DNA of 64,000 nucleotides. Source: an uncultured Candidatus Micrarchaeota archaeon (lineage in GTDB: Archaea; Micrarchaeota; Micrarchaeia; Anstonellales; Bilamarchaeaceae). The notes beneath the pieces are model-generated. The model was not told where the DNA came from. It was given only the letters and a program-made list of their open reading frames with translations, and ran no database searches. The stretch covers positions 5,976-69,975 of the forward strand of contig CAILMQ010000032.1 of NCBI GenBank assembly GCA_903835385.1, read 5' to 3'. Of this stretch, positions 44,491 to 52,703 are shown in pieces (position 1 is the first letter of the stretch; each line of letters starts with the position of its first letter). The translations under genes and the position numbers were made by a program.

Positions 44491-45177
44491 ATGGACGAAA
44501 CAAGGAAAGTTGAAACACGGGCAAAAGCACTGAAACCATTGAGAAAGTTTGGCAAAATGCTTGTTGGCTCTGTTTTGGCTGCGGGCATTATGCTAGCTGC
44601 TTCAAAGCCATCCAGAGCGAGTTCAGTTGAATTGATGGCAGGAAACGAGAGGAGTACGTTGGACCTGAAAGCATCGGCTCCTGTTAATGACAAGCTAGGT
44701 GTTTTCATGAGGGCGAGGCCGTCAGTCGATTACAAGGGCGTAATCAGCTCATATGGCCTTGCAGACCTGGTCTTGAACCTAAGCAACGGGCTGGATGCCA
44801 TCAGTGAGGTCCGGGCTTTTGGCGGAAATGTGGTTCCAAGGGCGGGCATGAGATATTCCGCCAAAACAGAAAACGTCAGCTTGTGCACCGTTGCGACAAT
44901 CGGTTTGGATAGCAAACCTTACTTCGAATCGCTTACTCTTTTGGGTTATTTCCCGACGATCTACAAAACCCTGAAACTTTTTGCACAGGTTGAGAATATA
45001 AGCGATGTCAGTGCAACAGGGCATGATTCCAGCAAGCAGAGAATACGGCTTGGAGTGGAGCAGGGCGGGTGGGGAGCCGGAGCTGCAGTGGATCTCACGG
45101 AAACCGGAAACAGCCCGACGATTGCGAATGGAACCTTTGACTGGAATGCCGGGGGCTATGTTTCCAGGAAATTCTGA
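44491..45177 (+). CDS. secreted beta-rich hypothetical protein ending in Phe
   Basis: The ATG at 44491 follows GGTGAGG. TM/signal segment, then alternating hydrophobic strands and a C-terminal ...GGYVSRKF. Lower-GC region. Confidence 0.5.
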   Translation: MDETRKVETRAKALKPLRKFGKMLVGSVLAAGIMLAASKPSRASSVELMAGNERSTLDLKASAPVNDKLGVFMRARPSVDYKGVISSYGLADLVLNLSNGLDAISEVRAFGGNVVPRAGMRYSAKTENVSLCTVATIGLDSKPYFESLTLLGYFPTIYKTLKLFAQVENISDVSATGHDSSKQRIRLGVEQGGWGAGAAVDLTETGNSPTIANGTFDWNAGGYVSRKF

Positions 45178-45179
45178 TG

Positions 45180-45776
45180 TTATTCTTTTTTATTATCCCT
45201 CTCAAACTCCAGCCTGTCCAGTTGGCGGGCTGATTCCGCCTTTTCCTCAACTCCTGCGGAATGGTAAGCCCTTGCGGCCCGCCAGTACACGCCGCGTGAC
45301 ATGTAAACGTCGCCAAGCTTTTCATCGAAGCCTGCGTTAATGCATATGGTTATGGGCGCGCCCCACCACCCGATGCCCTTCAGCTTCCAGTCTTCGCGGC
45401 GCGTTTTAAAAATCAGATAGCCAAGCGGGTTCTGGATGTCCTGCGCGGTAACGCCCAGCTTCGGCAGATTAAGGCCAAGGTATATGGAATTGCAGTCATC
45501 AACCACTTTTTTGGCTTCTGCGTCCATTCCGGCCTTGAAATAGATTTCGGCTTTTTTAGTGCAGTTATCCGAAACAGTAAGCTGGATTTTTCCCGCTTTT
45601 TCAGTTGCCGCAGCAATGGCTTCTCTTGTCCCTGCGTTCTTGTCGCGCGTCCATTTCGTGCTGCACACATGCGAGAGGAGAGCCGCCCCGAAAACCAATG
45701 GCAGGATCCTTGTGAAAAACCGCCTTTTGGCAGATGGTTTTGCTTTAGTGCCTGAAGATAATTTTTTTAATTCCAT
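45180..45776 (-). CDS. membrane-anchored hypothetical protein
   Basis: 198-aa ORF with an N-terminal TM helix. No known motif. Confidence 0.45.
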   Translation of the reverse strand: MELKKLSSGTKAKPSAKRRFFTRILPLVFGAALLSHVCSTKWTRDKNAGTREAIAAATEKAGKIQLTVSDNCTKKAEIYFKAGMDAEAKKVVDDCNSIYLGLNLPKLGVTAQDIQNPLGYLIFKTRREDWKLKGIGWWGAPITICINAGFDEKLGDVYMSRGVYWRAARAYHSAGVEEKAESARQLDRLEFERDNKKE

Positions 45777-45841
45777 AAAACCCGATAATGTTACACGCCA
45801 AAGGTATTTTATCCCTTGTCACGGCTGAAAAATAAGAAAAT

Positions 45842-45999
45842 CGGGCCCGACGAGAAATTCAGTTCAGGGTTTCCTGTTTCCAGTTCCCCGGGACATTTGA
45901 ACTCGTGACCTTCGCCTTAGGAGAGCGTCGCTCTATCCATTTCAGGCCTTGGCCTGAAAATCTTGGTCAGCAGACCGAGGCTAGCTGAGCTACGGGCCC
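45842..45999 (-). tRNA. tRNA-Arg(CCT) with two BHB introns (D-loop and T-loop 59/60)
   Basis: Reverse complement exons: GGGCCCG TA GCTC AGCTTGGATA GAGC G ACGCT CTCCTAA GGCGA AGGTC ACGAG TTCAAAT CTCGT CGGGCCC G. Introns at 45940..45982 (43 nt, central helix TCAG/CTGA) and 45856..45895 (40 nt, central helix TTCA/TGAA). Confidence 0.85.
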
Positions 46000-46057
46000 G
46001 ATATGATAGGATGTTTGTTTGCTCTCTTTTTTATTGCTTTCTTAATAGACTCAGACC

Positions 46058-46825
46058 ATGATTCCCGAACTCGCAGAACTCCTGCGCAAATCCATCGCCG
46101 AAAGCCTGGAGGAGCGGGTGGCTGTCGCGTTCTCAGGGGGCCTGGATTCCACGCTCATAGCCGCGGTTGCGAAGAAGGACGCGGCCACGGAATTGTTCTG
46201 CTGCGGAACGGAAAAATCGGACGACCTGAGGTATGCCGAAGATGCCGCCAGGCTGCTCAAGCTTCCGCTCCACAAAACCGTCATGACCGAAGACTCTGTG
46301 CTCGAGACCTATGAAAAATGCCAGGGTATAGTGCCAGGTGACCTTCTCAAGGTGGAGCTGCTGGTTCCGGTGTATCAATGCGCCGAGGCAGCGAAAGCCG
46401 CGGGCCACAATGTGCTGCTATTCGGGAGCGCGGCAGAGGAGCTTTTCGTGGGCTACGAAAGGTATTACGCCTATTTCGACGAGGGGAAGGACCTGCAGGC
46501 TCTACTGGCAAGCGAATTCAAAGAGCTCGAACACAGGGAAATCGCCTGGATGGGCAAGGTGTGCAGGAAATTCGGCATAGAGGCGCGGTTTCCGCTCTAC
46601 AAGAAAGAACTGGAGCGGTTCGTGAGGCAGGTTCCGCTGGAGGTTCTCATGGAGGACAAGGCGCTGAAAAAGGGCGTGCTCAGGGAAGCCGGCAAGCTGC
46701 TCGGCGTGCCGGAAATCGTGCTCCTGCGCCGCAAGCGGGCCATGCAGTACGGCTCCGGAATCCACAGCATCATACTGAGGCACGCGAAAGCGCTCAATGC
46801 GAAGGGCGCGGATGCCGGACGCTAA
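46058..46825 (+). CDS. PP-loop ATP pyrophosphatase (asparagine-synthase-like domain only)
   Basis: VAVAFSGGLDSTLIAAV is the SGGxDS PP-loop. 255 aa with no glutaminase domain. Confidence 0.65.
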   Translation: MIPELAELLRKSIAESLEERVAVAFSGGLDSTLIAAVAKKDAATELFCCGTEKSDDLRYAEDAARLLKLPLHKTVMTEDSVLETYEKCQGIVPGDLLKVELLVPVYQCAEAAKAAGHNVLLFGSAAEELFVGYERYYAYFDEGKDLQALLASEFKELEHREIAWMGKVCRKFGIEARFPLYKKELERFVRQVPLEVLMEDKALKKGVLREAGKLLGVPEIVLLRRKRAMQYGSGIHSIILRHAKALNAKGADAGR

Positions 46826-48061
46826 TCAGCCTAGGAGTTCGCCCAGCATGTATATGGAGCCGCAGACCACTATCATGTCTTTTTTCCCTGCTATTGATTT
46901 CGCGTACTCCAGGCTCTGTTTCACGTTTTCTATTTTTACCGCACCTGCGTAGCGGGAAGCCTCCTTGAGCACCTCGTCCGGATCTGCGGCACCCTCATGC
47001 GTCTGCCTGTTCACGATTATGACGTCGGCATGCAGGCCGAGGAGCGCGAGCATGGCTTTCCAGTCCTTGTTCGCCAGCACGCCGAAAACGACTATGAGCC
47101 GCTCAAAATCGAAAAGCGAGAGACTGGAGACAAGGGAGCCGATGCCCGCGGGATTGTGCGCCGCATCCACGAGAATAAGGGGCTTTTCCGATATCGCCTG
47201 GAGCCTGCCCGGGTTCTGCGCATCCAGGAGACCCTTGCGTATGGCCTTTTCACCTATATCCGGGTCAAGCTCCTCCACTGCTGCGATTGCGAGCGCGGCA
47301 TTGTCAGCCTGGTGCCTGCCCAGAAGGCGGGCCCTGAGTTCTGTGTAGGGGTTTTTGCCTATGTAGTTGAACACCGTGCCTTTCCTGCTTATGCCCTTGG
47401 GCTCAACGAAGAAATCCCGCCCCAATGCCGCAACCGAAGCGGCCTTGCTGCGCCTTGCCACGCTCTCGATGGCATCAAGCGCCTCGCCGGAACAGCAGGT
47501 GACGCATTTGGAGCCCTTTTTCAGTATTCCGGCCTTGGTCCTCGCTATTTTTTCTATTGAGTTGCCCAGGTATTCGGTATGCTCGAGGGATATGTTGGTG
47601 ATGGCGCCGACTTCGGGCTTTGCCACAGCGGTCGCATCGAACTCGCCGCCCATGCCGACCTCCATGATTGCGAAATCGACCTTTTCATCCGCGAAATACC
47701 GGTATGCGATTGCCGTGAGCGCCTCGAAAGCGGTCATCTCGACTCCCCTGTTAAAGAGCGATTCGAGAGCGCGCTCGTAGGCCTTGAGTTTTGTTTTGGT
47801 GATTTTTTTCCCATTGAGCAGGAAACGCTCGTCATAACCAATCAGGTGGGGCGAGAAATACGAGCCTGTCCTGTAGCCTGCGGCGGAGAGCATGGACGCG
47901 ATGAACGAGGTTGCGGAACCCTTGCCATTGGTCCCGGTTACGATGATTACGCGCATGCGCTCCTGCGGGTTGTTGAGCTCGGCCATTATCCTGCTTATGC
48001 GCTCAAGCCCTGGCCTGGAGCCGAACCTGGCGAGCTTGCTGTCAATGAAATCCAGTGCCAT
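46826..48061 (-). CDS. folC: folylpolyglutamate synthase/dihydrofolate synthase
   Basis: IIVTGTNGKGS P-loop and Mur-ligase-family layout (...FSPHL...EVGMGG...). Confidence 0.85.
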   Translation of the reverse strand: MALDFIDSKLARFGSRPGLERISRIMAELNNPQERMRVIIVTGTNGKGSATSFIASMLSAAGYRTGSYFSPHLIGYDERFLLNGKKITKTKLKAYERALESLFNRGVEMTAFEALTAIAYRYFADEKVDFAIMEVGMGGEFDATAVAKPEVGAITNISLEHTEYLGNSIEKIARTKAGILKKGSKCVTCCSGEALDAIESVARRSKAASVAALGRDFFVEPKGISRKGTVFNYIGKNPYTELRARLLGRHQADNAALAIAAVEELDPDIGEKAIRKGLLDAQNPGRLQAISEKPLILVDAAHNPAGIGSLVSSLSLFDFERLIVVFGVLANKDWKAMLALLGLHADVIIVNRQTHEGAADPDEVLKEASRYAGAVKIENVKQSLEYAKSIAGKKDMIVVCGSIYMLGELLG

Positions 48062-48062
48062 A

Positions 48063-48899
48063 TCAGGATTTTCCCCGCCTTTCCGCTGCTTTCACCACGT
48101 TGCTCATCAGCATTGCGACCGTGAGCGGGCCGACGCCGCCAGGGACAGGCGAGCAGTCCGCCTTTTTTATCACGTTCTCGAAATCCACGTCGCCGGCTAT
48201 TTTGTCCCCAAGCTTCGTGGTTCCCACGTCCACGATGGATGCGCCCTCCTTCACCATGCCAGCGGTTATGAGGCCCGGCTTTCCCACAGCGGCAACGATG
48301 ATGTCCGCAGTTATTGTGTGCCCCGCGAGGTCCGGCGTCTTGGAGTGGCAAATGGTAACCGTCGCGTTCCTGGAAAGCAGCATGAATGCCATTGGCTTGC
48401 CCACGGTGTTGCTCCTGCCCACCACCACGACGTGCTTTCCCTCGATTGGAACCTTGTAGAAATCCAGCATGCGCATAACGCCCGCAGGAGTGGCAGGCTC
48501 AAAGCAGTCCAGGCCCGAAAATAATCGCCCTGCGGATGTTGAAGTCCAGCCGTCCACGTCCTTTGACGGGTCCACTGCGTCCAGTATCGCCTTCCCGTCC
48601 ATCTGTTTCGGCAGAGGAGTCTGTACTATGAAGCCGTCCACGGACTTGTCCTTGTTGAGCGCTTTGACCAGTGAAAGGAGCTCTTTTTCACTCGCATGCC
48701 CGGGGAGCTTCCTGAGCTCAGCGTCTATGCCCACGGCTGCGGCTTTCTTCAGCTTGCTGTTCACATAAGTCGTGGACGCCGGGTCCTCGCCCACCTGCAC
48801 TATGACGAGTTTCGGGCTCCTGCTGAGCTTCGCCACTCGTGCCTTGATTTCAGAGAGCACGGCTTCTGCCGGCTCCTTGCCTGAAAGCGTCCGGTACAT
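48063..48899 (-). CDS. folD: bifunctional methylenetetrahydrofolate dehydrogenase/methenyl-THF cyclohydrolase
   Basis: PKLVIVQVGEDPASTTYV..K...GRSNTVGKPMA...PVPGGVGPLTVAML. Confidence 0.9.
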   Translation of the reverse strand: MYRTLSGKEPAEAVLSEIKARVAKLSRSPKLVIVQVGEDPASTTYVNSKLKKAAAVGIDAELRKLPGHASEKELLSLVKALNKDKSVDGFIVQTPLPKQMDGKAILDAVDPSKDVDGWTSTSAGRLFSGLDCFEPATPAGVMRMLDFYKVPIEGKHVVVVGRSNTVGKPMAFMLLSRNATVTICHSKTPDLAGHTITADIIVAAVGKPGLITAGMVKEGASIVDVGTTKLGDKIAGDVDFENVIKKADCSPVPGGVGPLTVAMLMSNVVKAAERRGKS

Positions 48900-48929
48900 A
48901 AGAAGGATGATGTTGAGAACTGTTTAAAA

Positions 48930-49373
48930 TCACTCGATTTGCGGGTCCTGCGGTTCAGGCGCAACAAGCAACTCTGGAGGAAGCTTGTGCTGAAGCAATG
49001 CGAATCGTCTCCTGATTGCCTCTTCTGTGAGCACACTGTGATCGAGCGTGCTTTGTGCCACTGGAGGTGCCCCAGTCTTCTCCAACGGAGGCAGTCCGGC
49101 CCATCTTGCCTGTCTTGCCAGACCCTTGAGAATCATGTTTCCGTCGCGAAGCGTGAAACGCCTGGGGGCTGGAGTTTTGCTTTCGGCTGGCGGCGGTTTT
49201 GCCGGTTTCGCCTGAGTGGTGTTTTCGATTGGATACTGCCTGCCCGTCAGGTGGCTGAGGACCTTGTATGCATGGGCGAACGTGGGGCCTGTAGCTGGCT
49301 GCGGTTTTGCCTGCGGCCCTGCCTGTTCCGCGTGAGCGAGAGCGGTGCCTCTGGCTGAATGTAAGTGTTTCAT
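48930..49373 (-). CDS. hypothetical Pro/Ala-rich protein
   Basis: 147-aa ORF with no motif. An overlapping antisense ORF of similar size leaves the coding strand uncertain. Confidence 0.35.
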   Translation of the reverse strand: MKHLHSARGTALAHAEQAGPQAKPQPATGPTFAHAYKVLSHLTGRQYPIENTTQAKPAKPPPAESKTPAPRRFTLRDGNMILKGLARQARWAGLPPLEKTGAPPVAQSTLDHSVLTEEAIRRRFALLQHKLPPELLVAPEPQDPQIE

Positions 49374-49466
49374 AGGTGTATTAGGTTGTAATCAGTTTAT
49401 AAATGTTGCTCTGAAACCGGTTTAGCGACTTTCTTTTAAAACTTACCCACCACATAAACCTTGATT

Positions 49467-49514
49467 GGACCTGTAGCTCAGTTTGGTCGGCGATCCGACC
49501 AAATCGCTCCAGGC
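49467..49514 (+). repeat. tRNA-fragment-like hairpin element, copy B
   Basis: GGACCTGTAGCTCAGTTTGGTCGGCGATCCGACCAAATCGCTCCAGGC. Its first 15 nt copy the 5' end of the adjacent tRNA-Ile with one change. It is alignable to copy A. Confidence 0.6.
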
Positions 49515-49531
49515 ATAGAAAAGTATTCTAC

Positions 49532-49668
49532 GGGCCTGTAGCTCAGCTCGGTTAGAGCGACGGTCTTATATGGCACGTTCTAATACACGGTTATTAGGAC
49601 GAGTCTGGGCTAGCCGTAGAGGGGTCAAGACCCCGCGGAAGTCCGGAGTTCAAATCTCCGCAGGCCCA
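49532..49668 (+). tRNA. tRNA-Ile(TAT) with two BHB introns (anticodon loop 37/38 and variable loop 45/46)
   Basis: Exons: GGGCCTG TA GCTC AGCTCGGTTA GAGC G ACGGT CTTATAA GCCGT AGGTC CGGAG TTCAAAT CTCCG CAGGCCC A. Introns at 49571..49611 (41 nt) and 49620..49640 (21 nt). The BHB-rule splice sites fix the anticodon as TAT. Confidence 0.8.
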
Positions 49669-49714
49669 TTTTTCCATTAGTCTCCAGCTTCGGGTCTTGA
49701 GTCTTGCCGGCTGG

Positions 49715-49815
49715 AAAATTGGGCGAATTGCCCGACCGGAGAATCGGCGAAGCCGATTCGAGGTCCCTTGCTCGAGTCGTCGAGCATCGGCGAGGGCAAT
49801 CAGAGCCCATTTTCA
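49715..49815 (+). repeat. expanded member of the same hairpin family downstream of tRNA-Ile
   Basis: AAAATTGGGC GAA TTGCCC [about 60-nt insert with its own hairpins] GGGCAA TCAGA GCCCATTTT. The stem bases are the same as in the 29104 copy. Confidence 0.6.
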
Positions 49816-49842
49816 TTTTTCCGGATTCGGCAGGACCTACGC

Positions 49843-50883
49843 TTACGTCTTTATCTTTCTCCTGAACTTCAGGTAGGTCGCGTAGTCGATGTATTTCTTC
49901 TTCGCGATATAGTCCTGCGTCTTGGGAGCCCTGTCCCGGACCTCGTCTATGCGGTCCGTGACCGTGATGGCGAAGGAGTCCGAGCCCGCGCCAGAGCCGA
50001 AGGACGTGACAAGTATCTTGTTTCCGGGCTTGGCCTCGTCCAGGACCGCGCTCAATCCAAGCATTGAGGCGCCCGAATAGGTGTTTCCAATTACGGGCAC
50101 GAGCAGCCCGGCCTTCAGCTTCTCCTTCGGGATACCCAGCTTCTCTGCAACGGATAGCGGGAACTTGGCGTTCGGCTGGTGGAAAACCACGTAGTCGAAA
50201 TCATTCACATTCATGCCGGTCTTCTCCAGCAGGCCCTTCGTGGCTCCAACCACGTGCTTGAAATAGGCCGGGGCGCCGGTGAATCTTCCCCCATGGGACG
50301 GGTAGTCCGCGCCCTGGCGCCTCCAGAAATCGGGCGTGTCCGTGGTGAATGAGAACGTGGCATCCAGGGTTGCGACCGATTCACGCTCAGGGCCCACGAT
50401 GAACGCGGCGCCGCCCGATGCCGCGGAGTATTCGAGCGCGTCCCCGGGCCTTCCCTGGGCGGTATCGGCGCCGACGGACATCCCGTAATCAATCATCTTG
50501 GCAGCGCACATGCCCATAATCATCTGGATGCCCGCGGTGCCTGCCTTGCATGCGAACTCCAGGTCCGCAGCGGTGAGGTTGGGCGTGGCTCCCAGGGCTT
50601 CTGCAACCACCGTGGCAGTCGGCTTCACGGCATAGGGGTGCGACTCGCTGCCCACGTAGATTGCGCCTATTTTCTTGGGGTCTATGGCGGCCCGCGCGAG
50701 CGCGTTCCTGGCCGATTCCACGGCGATGGTTGCCGCATCCTCGTCCACGCCTCCTACCGCCTTCTCCATTATGCCCAGGCCCTTCTCTATCCTTTCGGGC
50801 TCTTCGCCCCATACCAGGGCTATCTGGGAGGATTTTATCCTGTATAGGGGGATGTAAGACCCATAACCGACAATGCCTGCCAT
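49843..50883 (-). CDS. hydroxymethylglutaryl-CoA synthase (archaeal type)
   Basis: [17 protein letters not shown]...[17 protein letters not shown]...ACKAGT... is the thiolase-fold archaeal HMGCS pattern. Confidence 0.85.
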   Translation of the reverse strand: MAGIVGYGSYIPLYRIKSSQIALVWGEEPERIEKGLGIMEKAVGGVDEDAATIAVESARNALARAAIDPKKIGAIYVGSESHPYAVKPTATVVAEALGATPNLTAADLEFACKAGTAGIQMIMGMCAAKMIDYGMSVGADTAQGRPGDALEYSAASGGAAFIVGPERESVATLDATFSFTTDTPDFWRRQGADYPSHGGRFTGAPAYFKHVVGATKGLLEKTGMNVNDFDYVVFHQPNAKFPLSVAEKLGIPKEKLKAGLLVPVIGNTYSGASMLGLSAVLDEAKPGNKILVTSFGSGAGSDSFAITVTDRIDEVRDRAPKTQDYIAKKKYIDYATYLKFRRKIKT

Positions 50884-50985
50884 AAGTATCACAGAATTGT
50901 ATAGGGGATATGGCTGCCCCTGTTTAAAAATGTCATCTCCTGCAGGCGCCGGGGCCGGATTGCGGTTTCTTTCGGACAGTAAATC

Positions 50986-51663
50986 TCAACGCTTGCCCGC
51001 CTTCTTTTTCTTCTTCGTGAAGAAGAAGCTCCCTGCGAATGCCGCAAGCACAAGGACGCCCGCGAGCAGCGTGAGGACGCCCAGGTTCAGCTCCTGCACG
51101 GCCACGGCCATGGGCTTGGAATCCGCCAGCAGCGCGACGAGGTCGTATGTTTCGCTGTGGCCATCGGGCATTACGATGGTGTATGTCTCGTTCATGCCGA
51201 CCGATTTCCAGGCCGCGGCCAGCTGCGCATTGGTTGCCGAGTCCCTCAGGTCCAGCGGCTTTGCCGAGCTCCTGCTGGTGGTAAGGTCAACCGCCACCAA
51301 TGCCCGGTTCAGCGCGGCATCGAACTGGTCGGACGGGATTTTTTCCACCGTAACAGTGGACGTTATGAAAGGCAGGCCGTATTCCGACTTGAATGTGTAA
51401 TAGCCGCTATCCGGAGCCATCTCCAGCCGGAGCGTCATGATGGTGCCGTCAACCGAGCACCCGAGCGCCGGGGTGGCGCTGCATGCATTGCGCAGCCTGT
51501 CCAGCGAGCCGTTGGGATAGGACTGGATGTAACTGGACAGGTCTTTCTTCTCCTCGATAAAAGACTTGCCGGACGAATCGAACGTGTGCACATAAGTCTG
51601 GGTGCTCCCGGTCAGCAGCAAGCATGCTGCCAGCAGCGCCACAAGAAGATATTGCCTCCCCAT
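50986..51663 (-). CDS. secreted hypothetical protein with C-terminal TM anchor and poly-Lys tail
   Basis: Signal peptide LLVALLAACLLLTG, then a terminal TM helix followed by KKKKKAGKR. Confidence 0.55.
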   Translation of the reverse strand: MGRQYLLVALLAACLLLTGSTQTYVHTFDSSGKSFIEEKKDLSSYIQSYPNGSLDRLRNACSATPALGCSVDGTIMTLRLEMAPDSGYYTFKSEYGLPFITSTVTVEKIPSDQFDAALNRALVAVDLTTSRSSAKPLDLRDSATNAQLAAAWKSVGMNETYTIVMPDGHSETYDLVALLADSKPMAVAVQELNLGVLTLLAGVLVLAAFAGSFFFTKKKKKAGKR

Positions 51664-51725
51664 TTAAACACCGCAAATACTTTCACTATGAACTTTATAA
51701 GGCTAGGGGCGGGCTGCAAAAGCAG

Positions 51726-52703
51726 CTATTCTTCCGCCCGAGGAGGCGTTTGGGGCGTTCCGAACGTCCTCATCTGCATCAGCCTGCTTTTGGTGCCCTG
51801 CTCCCCCATGAGCATCACCATCTCCCTTATCCCTTCGGCAAGCGGCCTCGGGCTGAAGCCGAGCTCTTTTTCCGCCCTGGAGCAGTTGAACTGCCTGTCG
51901 CTGGAAAGCACTGCGATGTCCTCCGGCATGAACTTCGGCTTTGTCTTGGACAGCGATGAGCGGATGGACGACAGCTGCGCCATCAGCGCGGCGAGCGGCA
52001 CCGGCACGTGCTTCCTGGGCGGCTCCACGCCGAGCTCCTTTGCGGCGATTTCATAAACCTCGTTCTGGGTAAGGCACTCGCCCACAAGCACGTAGACGCC
52101 CCTGCCATCGGAAATCGCCGCCCTGATTGCTTGGGCCACGTCTTCCGCATGAACGAACGGGACATGGTTGTTTCCGCTGCCGAGCACGCGCATGCTGCCC
52201 TCCTTGAGCATGCGAAGCACCTTGAAGTACTCCTCGAACCCAGGGCCGTACATGGGGCCTATTCTCAGGATGACGTGGTCCGGCTTTGACGCGATGATTT
52301 TCTCGGCCTGGAGCTTGGTTTTCGCATATGGCGTGTCCGGGCGCGTGGCAGTGCCCTCGTCGGCAGGAATTTGCGCGAGCCGCTTGCCGTAAACCGATAT
52401 GGAACTGGCGAAGATTATGCGGGCCGTGGGAGGAATCGCGGTGGCCAGCCTCTGGGTGAGTATGACGTTGCCCTCGCGTGCCTTTTCCATGTCCAGGAAA
52501 TCGCGTGATGCCGCCAGATGTATGACCACGTCGGCATTCCGGAGCATGCGCTCCAGGTCGTGGAAGGAATAGTCGGTGACAATCTCGCCCTTGAGCCCCG
52601 ATGGCTTCCGCACCAGTGGGACGGCTTCAGGAACCTGCTTCAGCACTTCCCTTCCGAGCCTGCCCGAGGCTCCGGTGATGTATATGTTCTTCCCTGCCAT
52701 CAT
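51726..52703 (-). CDS. NAD-dependent epimerase/dehydratase (extended SDR)
   Basis: IYITGASGRLG Rossmann motif and a YAKTK active-site motif (YxxxK). Confidence 0.8.
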   Translation of the reverse strand: MMAGKNIYITGASGRLGREVLKQVPEAVPLVRKPSGLKGEIVTDYSFHDLERMLRNADVVIHLAASRDFLDMEKAREGNVILTQRLATAIPPTARIIFASSISVYGKRLAQIPADEGTATRPDTPYAKTKLQAEKIIASKPDHVILRIGPMYGPGFEEYFKVLRMLKEGSMRVLGSGNNHVPFVHAEDVAQAIRAAISDGRGVYVLVGECLTQNEVYEIAAKELGVEPPRKHVPVPLAALMAQLSSIRSSLSKTKPKFMPEDIAVLSSDRQFNCSRAEKELGFSPRPLAEGIREMVMLMGEQGTKSRLMQMRTFGTPQTPPRAEE

